DNA of 64,000 bases from Desulfobacterales bacterium (GTDB taxonomy: Bacteria > Desulfobacterota > Desulfobacteria > Desulfobacterales > UBA5852). This document shows, one piece after another, positions 39,512 to 48,800 of the stretch (position 1 is the stretch's first letter; every line of letters starts with the position of its first letter). The notes under the pieces are model-generated. The model had not been told where the DNA came from. It did no database searches and was given only the letters and a program-made list of their open reading frames with translations. The DNA lies in NCBI GenBank assembly GCA_963674755.2, contig CAXXVS010000001.1, positions 736,001 to 800,000 on the forward strand, in the 5' to 3' direction. Made by a program: the position numbers and the translations under genes.

Positions 39512-40057
39512 GTGTTCGGTTTCCGGAAAAAGAAGAACAAGGCCAGCCCGGACCATTCCCAGGCCGCGGTGAGTCGCGGCCTGCTGGTTTTCGAGAATAC
39601 GAGCGAGGTCATCCAGGCCGAAAACCTTCTCAAAAAGGCGGGCTGGTCGGTCAGTGTCATGGGCCCGCCCCCGGAGATTCGCACGGGCTGCGATCTGGTG
39701 ATCGTCTTTCCCCTCATGGAGGAGCTGCATATCCTGCGGGAGCTGCGCCGGAAAGCCCTTGAACCCCTGCAGGTGGTGCCGGTTTCGGCCCCCCTGCTGG
39801 CGCCGGTGGACTTGTTTCAAACCAAGGATTTCGGGGACTATCTGATGGTGCGTGCGGCCAACATGAAAATCACGATCGCCAAGGGCAGCCGGCAGATCGT
39901 CAACATCTCCGGGGGCGGCTGCCCGGACGTGCCTTATCTGGCCCAGGCCATGATCGGCCAATCCCTGGCGGCGGCGCCGCGCCCCCGGGACTTGGGGCAT
40001 ACCCTCTGCGGGTATGCCCTGGAGTTGGCCTACCAGGAATTGCTGCGGCAATGTTAG
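39512..40057 (+). CDS. DUF3343-like putative Se/S carrier protein
   Basis: F.NTSEVI.AE..L, PP.IRTGC; GGGCPDVP, TLCGY. Confidence 0.78.
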   Translation: MFGFRKKKNKASPDHSQAAVSRGLLVFENTSEVIQAENLLKKAGWSVSVMGPPPEIRTGCDLVIVFPLMEELHILRELRRKALEPLQVVPVSAPLLAPVDLFQTKDFGDYLMVRAANMKITIAKGSRQIVNISGGGCPDVPYLAQAMIGQSLAAAPRPRDLGHTLCGYALELAYQELLRQC

Positions 40058-40941
40058 GCATCGTCGGCACGGTTCCGGATCTGCAATTCCCGCTGGTCCA
40101 TGGCAAGGTCCGCTGGCAGGGCCGTCAGATCCGGATCGAGGGTCACACCATCCCGGTGAACCGGGGCACGCCGGCGCTTATCGCCGCTTCCTTAAGGGCC
40201 TGCGAATGTGCCGGCGGTCCGGAAGTCTACGCCTTCCTGGTGGGCGACACCGGTGTCGGCGAGGGCAGCCGCCGGTTGTATGATTTCCTGGCCAGGCATC
40301 TTCCCGAATTCGATTTACAGGTCTTGACCTTTCACTATCTGCAGCCGGATGTGGACTGGCACGGGCGGGTGCTGCCGGCCGTGCAGACCATGGCCCGGCG
40401 GCCGATCCTGATTGCCGATGCCGGCTTCATGTATGCCGCCAAAATGAGCGGCCAGGCCAGGCACTACGATTTCTTTACGCCGGATGTGGGCGAACTGGCC
40501 TTTCTGGCCGATGACCAGGCGCCCCATCCTTTTTACACCCGGGGTTTTATTCTGCACCAGGAGCACCAAGTGCCCGATCTTATCCGGCAGGCCTACGGAC
40601 ACGGCAATGCCGCCGCCTGCCTGGTGGTCAAAGGATCGACGGACTATATCGTCCATGATGGGAGCATCGCGGCCACCGTGGAGGCGCCCTCCTGCGACGC
40701 CATGGAAGCCATCGGCGGTACGGGCGACACCTTGACCGGCCTGTTGAGCGCTTTTTGCGGGGCGGGGTTCGATCGGATCGAGGCCGCGGTCCTGGCGGCC
40801 CGGGCCAATCGCTGGACCGGCGCTCTGGCCGACCCGACGCCCGCCACTCAGGTGCCGGAACTGATTGACAAGATTCCCGAGGCTGTGTCACATCTGCTGG
40901 ATCACAAGGATTACAGGAGCACACCGCATGGCGGAGCATGA
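40051..40941 (+). CDS. Ribokinase-fold (NAD(P)HX dehydratase/carbohydrate kinase-like) protein
   Basis: IADAG, TPD.GELAFL, VKG..D, GGTGDTLTG. Confidence 0.75.
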   Translation: MLGIVGTVPDLQFPLVHGKVRWQGRQIRIEGHTIPVNRGTPALIAASLRACECAGGPEVYAFLVGDTGVGEGSRRLYDFLARHLPEFDLQVLTFHYLQPDVDWHGRVLPAVQTMARRPILIADAGFMYAAKMSGQARHYDFFTPDVGELAFLADDQAPHPFYTRGFILHQEHQVPDLIRQAYGHGNAAACLVVKGSTDYIVHDGSIAATVEAPSCDAMEAIGGTGDTLTGLLSAFCGAGFDRIEAAVLAARANRWTGALADPTPATQVPELIDKIPEAVSHLLDHKDYRSTPHGGA

Positions 40942-41977
40942 ACCCATTCGCCTGACCCAAAGCGTGGCCGGGGCCGGCTGAGCGTCCAAACTGGCGCCAG
41001 GGGACCTGGACCGAGCACTTTGTGGCCTGACGTTTCCCACCGACGGGAACGTCCTGGTGGGGCTGGACCGGGCCGACGACGCCGGGGTCTACCAAGTCTC
41101 CGAAGAGCTGGCCCTTATCCAGACCGTGGACTTCTTCACGCCCATTGTGGATGATCCTTATATGTTCGGGCAGATCGCCGCGGCCAACGCCCTCAGCGAT
41201 GTCTACGCCATGGGGGGCGTGCCCAAAACCGCCATGAACCTGGTGGCCTTCCCGGCCAAAGACATGGATTTGAGTGTGCTGCGCGGGATCATCCAGGGCG
41301 GAATCGACAAGCTGGTGGAGGCCGAGGTCGTCCTCTTGGGCGGGCACAGCGTCGAGGACAAGGAGTTGAAGTACGGCTTGTCGGTGACGGGTTTTGTGCA
41401 CCCGGACCGGGTGCTCACCAAGCAGAATCTGCAGCCGGGCGACCGGCTGGTGCTCACCAAACCGCTGGGCACGGGCATCGTCAATACCGCGATCAAAGCG
41501 GGCATGGCCTCGCCGGCCCTCACGGAAACGGTGACCCGCCTGATGGCGGCCTTGAATCGCGAGGCCGCCCGTATTATGGCGCGTTTCGCGGTGAACGCCT
41601 GCACCGATGTGACCGGTTTCGGCCTGATGGGCCACCTGGCGGAAATGGTGGCCGGCTCGGGCTGGAGTGTGCGGATCCTGGCCGCACAAGTTCCGTTCAT
41701 CGAAGGGGCCCTGACCTTTGCGGAAATGGGCCTGATTCCGGCGGGTGCCTACCGGAACCGCGAGTTCCGGGCGGCCATGATCGCCGTCGCGGACGACGTA
41801 CCGCGGGGGCGGCAGGATTTTCTCTTCGACCCCCAGACCTCGGGCGGGCTGCTGATCAGCGTGAAGGGGAACCAGGCCGACACCCTTGTGAACGCCTTGC
41901 AGGCGGCCGGAATGGCCGAAGCCGCTCTCATCGGCGAGGTGCTCGACGCGCCGGACGAGAAGATCTATGTTGTCTAG
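40928..41977 (+). CDS. selD: Selenide, water dikinase SelD; selenoprotein with Sec at codon 18 (TGA 40979-40981)
   Basis: MAEHEPIRLTQSVAGAG-U-ASKLAPGDL in frame with DDAGVY, QTVDFFTP, ANALSDVYAMG, TDVTGFGL, DPQTSGGLL; AGGAG RBS. Confidence 0.95.
40982..41015 (+). promoter_or_regulatory. Putative bacterial SECIS element of selD
   Basis: CCAGG-GGA-CCTGG hairpin starting about 15 nt after the UGA, with a G-rich loop. Confidence 0.6.
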
Positions 41978-41987
41978 ACGCCACCAC

Positions 41988-42023
41988 ATGTCCATCCAGA
42001 AATGACATCTTTCGACCCCTGGC
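41988..42023. repeat. Truncated left end of a family B MITE
   Basis: TGTCCATCCAGAAATGACATCTTTCGACCCCTGGC vs TGTCCATCCATAAATGGCATCTTTCGGCCCCTGGC at 37745. Confidence 0.75.
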
Positions 42024-42377
42024 CCACCGCCGATGGACCGGGTCCCCGAATGGGGATAAATCAACTTGATCCCGCCCTGCCATCCCGCGCGGGAAACCAT
42101 CGATAGAAAATACCAATCGGGCGCTATTCGGCCATTTCTATTATCGATTTGACTTATCGCCTGTTTCCATCAAAGATACCGGCCACTATTTCCTCGAAGG
42201 GCCTTTCATGACGTACGTTTTCGGATTCACATGAGCGCCTCAGCCGCAAGCCAACCGTGTTTGTTCGGCAGGAATGTGAACTGAAATCGGCCAACCGCCG
42301 ACATCCTCTTCGTTGCATGTCATTCATGCGTCTTGGGCGCTGCGTCGCTTAAAGACCTATTTTTTCAGGAGGTGGGT

Positions 42378-43655
42378 ATGAGTGAAGACTATCGCGCCAT
42401 GTGGGAACAATTGGGGCTTGATCTCGAGGCCCATGACGGCCTGCTGGGGGTTTTAAACCAGGCCTATCAGGATATTTACCTGGCCCAGGCCGACCGGCCG
42501 GAAGGTATGGGCTATTTCGACTTTGTCATGAGCGAGGTGCATGGGCTGCGCATCAAGGAACTGCTGGATGAAAAGGCCGCGGGCCGCAAGATTATCGGCT
42601 CCTATTGTGTCTTCGTGCCCGAAGAGATCGTCCTGGCGGCCAATGCCACCCTGGTGGGCCTTTGTTCGGGAGCCGATTTCGCCATGGAAGAAGTGGAAAA
42701 GCTCCTGCCGCGCAATACCTGCGCTTTGATCAAGTCCTCCTTCGGTTTCAAACTGGGCAAGGTGTGTCCCTACCTGGAAAGCGCCGACATGATCGTGGGT
42801 GAGAACACCTGCGACGGAAAGAAAAAGGCCTATGAGTCCCTGGGACCGCTGGTTAACCAACTCTATGTAATGGATCTGCCCCAAGTGAAGTCCGATCAGG
42901 GGAAGGCCCTGCTGCGGGCCGAATACGACCGCTTCAAGACCGCGGTTGAACAATTGACCGGGGTGACGGTCACGGCCGAATCCCTGCGGGCCGGCATCGA
43001 GGCGGTCAATGCCAAACGGGCCGCCATGCACCGTCTGGCCGTCCTGCGCCAGGCCGATCCGGCGCCCATTTCCGGGCTGGATGCCCTCCTGGCCAACCAG
43101 GTCTTCTTCTATGACAATCCGGCCCGCTTCACCGCCTCGGTGAACAAGATCTGCGACGAACTGGAGCAGCGCATTGCGAACAAGGTGGGGGCTTTCAACG
43201 CCGGGACGCCGCGTGTGCTTGTCGCCGGCTGCCCCCAGGCGGTGCCCAACTGGAAGCTGCCCTGGATCATCGAAACCTCCGGGGCGGTGATCGTGGGTGA
43301 GGAATCCTGTGTGGGCGAACGGGGCACCCGCAACTTCACCAAGACGACGGGCGACACCGTCGAGGAAATGATGGCGGCCATCGTGGACCGCTATTTTGAG
43401 GTGGACTGCGCCATCTTCACCCCCAATCCCCAGCGCCTGACCCACATCGAGAATATGGTGGCCGACTACCGGGCCGACGGCGTGATTCATTACGGCCTCC
43501 AGTTCTGCCAGCCCTACCTCATGGAGTCGATGCCGGTGGAAAAGGCCTTGGAAGACAAGAATATTCCCTGCTTGAGAATCGAAACCGACTACAGCATGGA
43601 AGATGTGGGCCAGTTGAAGACCCGTATAGAAGCCTTTATCGAGCAGCTGCGCTAA
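42378..43655 (+). CDS. Double-cubane cluster-containing anaerobic reductase (HgdB/2-hydroxyacyl-CoA dehydratase family, DCCP-like)
   Basis: YCVFVPEE, GLCSG, NTCALIKS, CPY, TCDGKKK, GCP, EESC, DCAIF, QFC; RIETDYS; AGGAGG RBS. Confidence 0.85.
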   Translation: MSEDYRAMWEQLGLDLEAHDGLLGVLNQAYQDIYLAQADRPEGMGYFDFVMSEVHGLRIKELLDEKAAGRKIIGSYCVFVPEEIVLAANATLVGLCSGADFAMEEVEKLLPRNTCALIKSSFGFKLGKVCPYLESADMIVGENTCDGKKKAYESLGPLVNQLYVMDLPQVKSDQGKALLRAEYDRFKTAVEQLTGVTVTAESLRAGIEAVNAKRAAMHRLAVLRQADPAPISGLDALLANQVFFYDNPARFTASVNKICDELEQRIANKVGAFNAGTPRVLVAGCPQAVPNWKLPWIIETSGAVIVGEESCVGERGTRNFTKTTGDTVEEMMAAIVDRYFEVDCAIFTPNPQRLTHIENMVADYRADGVIHYGLQFCQPYLMESMPVEKALEDKNIPCLRIETDYSMEDVGQLKTRIEAFIEQLR

Positions 43656-43864
43656 CAGGCCGTGGATAAACGGCGCCTCAGACCAGAATGCGGCATTGTA
43701 CCGCGTTGCGGGAGTTCTTATCGGATCATTTGGGCTAGGGTGAGTCCCGTCCTCGCGAAACCGCCGCAGCAACCCTGATGGTTGCTGCGTATTTCGCATC
43801 GGGTGGCCGTCCTTTCACCCCGTTGGTTATACGCGATCTGTTAATGCGGCAGGGAAGGATTAAA

Positions 43865-44620
43865 ATGCGGTTTGCAGGTATCGATATCGGTTCGCGCGCC
43901 ATTAAACTGGCGGTGGTGGATGAAGCCGGCAAGGTACTGAAAAGGTCCCGCAGCGATACCGGGTTCGATCCCATGGCGGCGGCCGGGAAGTTGGTCGACG
44001 GAGTGGCTTTCGACCGCATCCTGGCGACGGGCTACGGCCGCAGCCTGTTCGAGATCGCCAGGGAAGCCCCCACGGTGACCGAGATCAAGGCCCATGCCAC
44101 AGGCGCCCGGGCCTGTTTCCCGGAAGCCCGGGCCGTGCTGGACATCGGCGGGCAGGACAGCAAGGCCATCGCCCTGTTCGAGAACGGGAAGGTAAAGAAA
44201 TTCGAGATGAACGACCGCTGTGCGGCCGGCACCGGCAAATTCCTCGAAATCATGGCCCGCACCCTTGGGTTCGGCATCGCGGATTTCGGGCGGGAGGCCC
44301 TGGCGGCCGACGAGGAGCTCAACATCTCCAGCATGTGCACGGTCTTTGCCGAATCCGAGGTCACTTCCCTGATCGCCAAGGGACAGAACCGGCGGGCCAT
44401 CGCCCGGGGCCTCCATGCCAGTGTCATCCGCCGGGCCGCGGGCATGATCAACCGGGTATCGTCAGAGGGCGCTATCGTGTTCACCGGCGGGGTGGCCCAA
44501 AATCCCTGCATGCGAAAGCTGCTGGCGGACAAATTGCACCGCAGGATCCTTGCACCGGACGACCCGCAGATGGTAGGGGCGTTAGGTGCGGCTTTGCTGG
44601 CCGCGGAAGCGGCTCCCTGA
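43865..44620 (+). CDS. ATP-dependent [4Fe-4S] activase (HgdC/DCCP-R type)
   Basis: GIDIGS, ATGYGR, DIGGQDSK, MNDRCAAGTG, SSMCTVFAESE, GGVA. Confidence 0.92.
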   Translation: MRFAGIDIGSRAIKLAVVDEAGKVLKRSRSDTGFDPMAAAGKLVDGVAFDRILATGYGRSLFEIAREAPTVTEIKAHATGARACFPEARAVLDIGGQDSKAIALFENGKVKKFEMNDRCAAGTGKFLEIMARTLGFGIADFGREALAADEELNISSMCTVFAESEVTSLIAKGQNRRAIARGLHASVIRRAAGMINRVSSEGAIVFTGGVAQNPCMRKLLADKLHRRILAPDDPQMVGALGAALLAAEAAP

Positions 44621-44668
44621 GCGACCGATAACGGCGGTTCAATCGTTTTATGACAGCGAGGTGGAATC

Positions 44669-45265
44669 ATGAAAGAAATCGACGCCCGCGGGCTGGCCTG
44701 TCCGGGGCCTGTGCTGCAAACCAAGGCGGCCCTGGATGAGGGCCAATTGCAGGGGGTGACCGTACTGGTGGACAATGCGGCCTCCCAGCAGAACGTGCAA
44801 CGTTTCCTGGAGTCCCAGGGCTTCGAGACCCGGATCGAGCAGGACGGTGAGGACTACCGGATCATCGGCAGCGGCGCGGCCGCGCCGGCCGACCAGCCTG
44901 AGCCCGGCCCCGCGCCCCAGACCGAAGCCAAGAAAATCATGGTGATGTGCGCCACCGACCGTATGGGGTTCGGGGACGACGAGCTGGGGTTGAAACTGAT
45001 GGTCAATTTTGTACGCACCCTGAAAGAAATGGGCCCCGAGCTCTGGCGGCTGGTTTTCGTGAACAATGGGGTCAAACTCGCCATCGATGGCTCCGCGGTG
45101 CTCGAAGATCTGCAGGCCTTTGAGGAAGACGGCCTGAAGATCTTGGTCTGCGGGACCTGTCTGGATCATTTCGCGCTGCTGGAACGCAAACAGGTGGGCG
45201 AGACCACCAACATGCTGGACATCGTCACGGCCATGCAGCTGGCCGACAAAGTGGTCAGCATCTGA
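44669..45265 (+). CDS. yedF: Selenium metabolism protein YedF (TusA plus DsrE domains)
   Basis: IDARGLACPGPV; G.GD.ELG..LM, NNGVKL, VCGTCLDH, GETTNM. Confidence 0.9.
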   Translation: MKEIDARGLACPGPVLQTKAALDEGQLQGVTVLVDNAASQQNVQRFLESQGFETRIEQDGEDYRIIGSGAAAPADQPEPGPAPQTEAKKIMVMCATDRMGFGDDELGLKLMVNFVRTLKEMGPELWRLVFVNNGVKLAIDGSAVLEDLQAFEEDGLKILVCGTCLDHFALLERKQVGETTNMLDIVTAMQLADKVVSI

Positions 45266-45394
45266 GGCGGCTAAGGGCGGAATAAAGGATCGGGCCGACT
45301 GGTCTGCCATCGGGAATCCCGCGGGCGACATACCGAAGACACATGGTGGGGGAAGGCTTATCCCTGACTTCGCCCCCCATTGCGAACATGGGAT

Positions 45395-45772
45395 TCAACG
45401 GGCGCGGTGTTTGCCCTGTCTGGCTTTGATGACTTGAATCACTTCGCGGTTGAAGGCGCATTCGCAAAACGCGTCGCAGCGATCGAGCTGATCTTTTTCC
45501 AGACAATAACCGGGGCAGCCTTCCTTGCCGGTCCGCCGCTCGGTATATGTTGTCCCGTTATACAGGCTTATGAATTGTCCTGCGAAAATCGTGAGCGTCG
45601 TGTGGCAGTCCTCTGCCCGGTGATTGAAAAAAAACAGCCCCCTTTCGAGCTTTCCAAAGTCTGCCATATAGCCGCATATCTCAAGGGACGGGTCGTCCAG
45701 GAATTCATCGAGATCAGCCCATTGGGTGCCGCACATCGGGCATGTCTTGAATGGTTTTTTCCCCTGCATCAT
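45395..45772 (-). CDS. Cys-rich hypothetical protein
   Basis: CPMC...H....C..T...CPGYC...C...CEC. Confidence 0.72.
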   Translation of the reverse strand: MMQGKKPFKTCPMCGTQWADLDEFLDDPSLEICGYMADFGKLERGLFFFNHRAEDCHTTLTIFAGQFISLYNGTTYTERRTGKEGCPGYCLEKDQLDRCDAFCECAFNREVIQVIKARQGKHRAR

Positions 45773-45933
45773 GGGGGCTCCCGGTCTAAAACAAGAGCGA
45801 TTACCGATTGTCGCCGTGCAACGAACACATCAGCCCATTGACGGCGGCGCCCGGCAGGCATATTTTCAATCAATACATGGAACACGGTAGCAGACTCGCT
45901 CCCGGAAAATCAACATGATTCCTGCCCCAGACG

Positions 45934-45963
45934 TTGACAAGACCCTGGGCGTGCTGTTAGTAA
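45934..45963 (+). promoter_or_regulatory. Candidate sigma70 promoter for DUF3842-cooT
   Basis: TTGACA-N18-TAGTAA with extended TGn. Confidence 0.5.
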
Positions 45964-46028
45964 GCATCCCAATACGGCCTATCTGAAGATAGGTTCATGT
46001 AACACCCAATGTATCCATGATTTCCGAT

Positions 46029-46084
46029 AGCCACGAAGGCGACGGCTTCCCCCGAGGGGATTCCGGCCTTTGTGGTTTTTTTTT
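46029..46084 (+). terminator. Intrinsic terminator within the 5' leader of DUF3842-cooT (attenuator candidate)
   Basis: AGCCACGAAGGC / GCCTTTGTGGTT stem with inner TCCCC-CGA-GGGGA hairpin, then a T9 run immediately before the RBS. Confidence 0.7.
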
Positions 46085-46102
46085 GAGGGGAGAAGAGCGC
46101 GG

Positions 46103-46522
46103 TTGAGACGCATTTGTGTGATGGACGGCCAGGGCGGGGGGATCGGCGCGACCTTGATCCAGTATCTGAAAGCCCAATTGGGCGAGACGGTGGAGCTGGT
46201 GGCGCTGGGCACCAACGCCATTGCCACCGCCCGGATGTTGAAAGCCGGGGCCAACAAGGGCGCTTCCGGTGAAAACGCCATCTGCCGGACGGTAGCCCGG
46301 GCGGACTGCATCGTGGGTCCGGTGGCCGTCACCTGGGCCAACGCCATGCTGGGAGAGGTAACCCCCCGGATGGCCGAGGCGGTCATGTCCAGCGCGGCCC
46401 CCAAGATTATTCTACCCCTTTCCCAGGAAAATGCGGAATTTGTCGGTCTGACCAAAGAACCGCTCCCCCACCTCGTGGAGGCGGCGGTTGTCAAAATAAA
46501 GGAGGTGATGAGGCATGTGTGA
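46103..46522 (+). CDS. DUF3842 family protein
   Basis: I.V.DGQGGGIG, ALGTNAIAT..M.KAGA..GASGENAI, NAMLGE.TP. Confidence 0.85.
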   Translation: MRRICVMDGQGGGIGATLIQYLKAQLGETVELVALGTNAIATARMLKAGANKGASGENAICRTVARADCIVGPVAVTWANAMLGEVTPRMAEAVMSSAAPKIILPLSQENAEFVGLTKEPLPHLVEAAVVKIKEVMRHV

Positions 46523-46712
46523 AGCCAACGCCTATTGGACCCGCGAAAGCGGTGAAGAACTGATCATGGAGGCTGTGGATACCATCGAACCGGAAGGCGA
46601 TGGAAACTGGCGGCTGGTGGGTATTTTCGGCGACCAGAAGAGCATTCGGGGTCGGATCAAGGGCATGCACCTGGTGGATCATAAGATCCTTTTCGAGGTG
46701 CCGGCCGACTGA
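46515..46712 (+). CDS. cooT: CooT family nickel-binding protein
   Basis: MCEANAY...IFGDQK...LVDHKI; AAGGAGGT RBS. Confidence 0.88.
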   Translation: MCEANAYWTRESGEELIMEAVDTIEPEGDGNWRLVGIFGDQKSIRGRIKGMHLVDHKILFEVPAD

Positions 46713-46775
46713 GGCACCTATCCCGCCGTCCGGCGAGGGGCCGTTCCGGCATCAGCGCAGAACGGCCCCCGGCGG

Positions 46776-47126
46776 CTATTTGTCGCTGTCACTCTTGCCT
46801 TGCAGGGATTGCTTTTTTTCACGCTTGGCCTTGCGGTGGGACTCGCCCTGGGTGCTCTTTTTGGCCCTGTGATGGATCTCCTTGGGAGCGTTGCGCTTTT
46901 GTTCCCGGGCTTCGGCCTTCCTCTGGTCCAATTCTTCCATTTCGGCAATGCGGTCCATCTGGCGCTTGGCCTGCCGGATGGCGGCCTTGATCTGCCGGAC
47001 AGCCGCATCTTTATGGATCGTGCGTTCGTCTACGCCCTGGGCTTTTAAGGCCTCCAGACGGATGGCCAGCTTCCGGGCGGCCGCCTCTCTTTTGTTTTCA
47101 ATGTCGGGTTTCCTGCGGAGTGTCAT
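46776..47126 (-). CDS. Basic coiled-coil hypothetical protein
   Basis: 116 aa, Lys/Arg/Glu-rich; AAGGG RBS. Confidence 0.7.
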   Translation of the reverse strand: MTLRRKPDIENKREAAARKLAIRLEALKAQGVDERTIHKDAAVRQIKAAIRQAKRQMDRIAEMEELDQRKAEAREQKRNAPKEIHHRAKKSTQGESHRKAKREKKQSLQGKSDSDK

Positions 47127-47576
47127 GTATTGTTTTCCCTTCTAACCGGTCTTCGTTAATACCGCCGGCGGGTCACAAGGGAAGAGGGTGTGTGCTTTTT
47201 CGCGTCCGCCGCAACCCGTGCCCGCCACTTTGCATGTCCATCCAAGCGCGCCAATTGCAATCCATGTGCCGGATAGCGCAGGATCGGCATTGCCGCGGAC
47301 AGCCCCCGGGTCTGACATTCCGCAGTCATCGCGCAGTCGTTGCAATGCCCCGATCCTGATCCTGCTGTCTGACCAAATGCCATTATAACACTTTGGTATA
47401 GTGGGAGAATCCGTCTTCAGTCCGGATTCGGCCGGCCGTTGATTGGCCATTCGGCGGAGACGGTGTTTGGGGCCTCGTGATTTGCCGGGCGCCGGCCAGG
47501 CATGACGACCGAACATGATTGAGACCTGGCGATTCCGATTCCCCGGCCGGATCAGAAATGCGGAGACTGTCTTTTG

Positions 47577-48713
47577 TTAGCCCAGCTGGGCCCGCAATAC
47601 CTGAAAAAGGCGCTCGACGTCCGCATCGGTATTGTAGAGGTGGGGAGCGATCCGGATCGAGTCGCCCCGGGCACTGGCGAAGACATTGGCTTCGGCCAGC
47701 CGGGCGGGGAGATCGGAGGGGAACCCACGGGGGTGCCGCAGTCCGATCAGGTGGGGGGCCCGGTAGGCGGCCGGGGCGACCTCCAGCCCCAGGCCGGCGG
47801 CGCGCTCCGCGATGGCATCGGTGCGGGCCCTCAGGGTTTCGGCGATGGCCACCACCCCCCAGGAGAGAATCTGGCGTAGCGCTTCGCCGGCGATGGGGGC
47901 CAGGTTGAAATTGCTGGCCTCGCCGGCATCGAAGCGTTTGGCCCCGTCCTGGTAGGCTTCCCGGTAGTCCACCAGGCGCGCAAAATCTTCGGCGCCTGCG
48001 CGATTCAACCAGTTCTCCTCCAAAGGATGGCCGTCCTGCCAGCGGGGGGCGATGTAGCAGAACCCGTAGCTGTAAGGGCCCAGGAGCCATTTGTGGGCGG
48101 TGGTGACGAGGAAGTCCGGCTGAATTTGGGACACTGAAAAGGGCATGGCGCCCAGGGACTGGGTGCCGTCCACCACCAGGGCGCTCTGGCAGGCACGGCA
48201 GTGTCGGCCCACGGCGACCAGATCGATGAGGGTGCCGTCCGTCCAGTGACAGTGGGGCAGGGCGGCGACGGCCGTCCGGGGTGTAATGGCGGTCAGCACA
48301 GCCGAAGTCCAGTTGCCGTCTGCCGGCCGCGGCACGCGCACGATGTCAGCCCCGCAGTCCCGCGCCAGGCGGTGCCAGGAATAGATATTGGAAGGGAACT
48401 GGTCCTGGAGGACAACGATGGTCTGGCCCGCTTCGACCGGAAGATTGCGGGCGGCCAACGCGATGCCGTAGGATACCGAGGGGATGATGGCCACATCCTC
48501 CGGTGAAGCTTCCACCAGGGCTGCAAAAAGCCTCCGGTTGGCATTGAGATCGCTGAAGAAGAAGTCGGTGGTCAAGGCCCAGGGCGCTGACTTGCGGGTC
48601 AGCGCGTGTTGTCCGATCGCGGCGGCCGATTTGAGCAGCGGCGAGGTATAGGCGCAATTGAAATAAGCCACGTTCTCCGGTATGGTAAATAATTCACGTT
48701 GGCAGGGAATCAT
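47577..48713 (-). CDS. PLP-dependent aminotransferase class V family protein
   Basis: YFNCAY, VDGTQSLG, AHKWLLGP, IRIAPHLYN; GGAGG RBS. Confidence 0.9.
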   Translation of the reverse strand: MIPCQRELFTIPENVAYFNCAYTSPLLKSAAAIGQHALTRKSAPWALTTDFFFSDLNANRRLFAALVEASPEDVAIIPSVSYGIALAARNLPVEAGQTIVVLQDQFPSNIYSWHRLARDCGADIVRVPRPADGNWTSAVLTAITPRTAVAALPHCHWTDGTLIDLVAVGRHCRACQSALVVDGTQSLGAMPFSVSQIQPDFLVTTAHKWLLGPYSYGFCYIAPRWQDGHPLEENWLNRAGAEDFARLVDYREAYQDGAKRFDAGEASNFNLAPIAGEALRQILSWGVVAIAETLRARTDAIAERAAGLGLEVAPAAYRAPHLIGLRHPRGFPSDLPARLAEANVFASARGDSIRIAPHLYNTDADVERLFQVLRAQLG

Positions 48714-48800
48714 TGCTTCCTCCGATCACATCCTTGATCTTTCGTTTGACGATTTATCGGGTGATGCCTACCTTGGCGGCACCAACGATTCAACCATGGG

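Noticed and set aside
40979..40981. selD as a pseudogene, or starting at 41057
   Set aside because: The TGA sits at the catalytic Cys/Sec position with an RBS-led upstream frame and a downstream hairpin
45990..46025. NikR operator at GTAACAC
   Set aside because: Only a half-site; no matching inverted partner at a plausible spacing
47577..48713. Selenocysteine lyase or cysteine desulfurase
   Set aside because: No catalytic Cys loop is visible near the C-terminus (reads ASARGDSIR), so only the class V family call is kept
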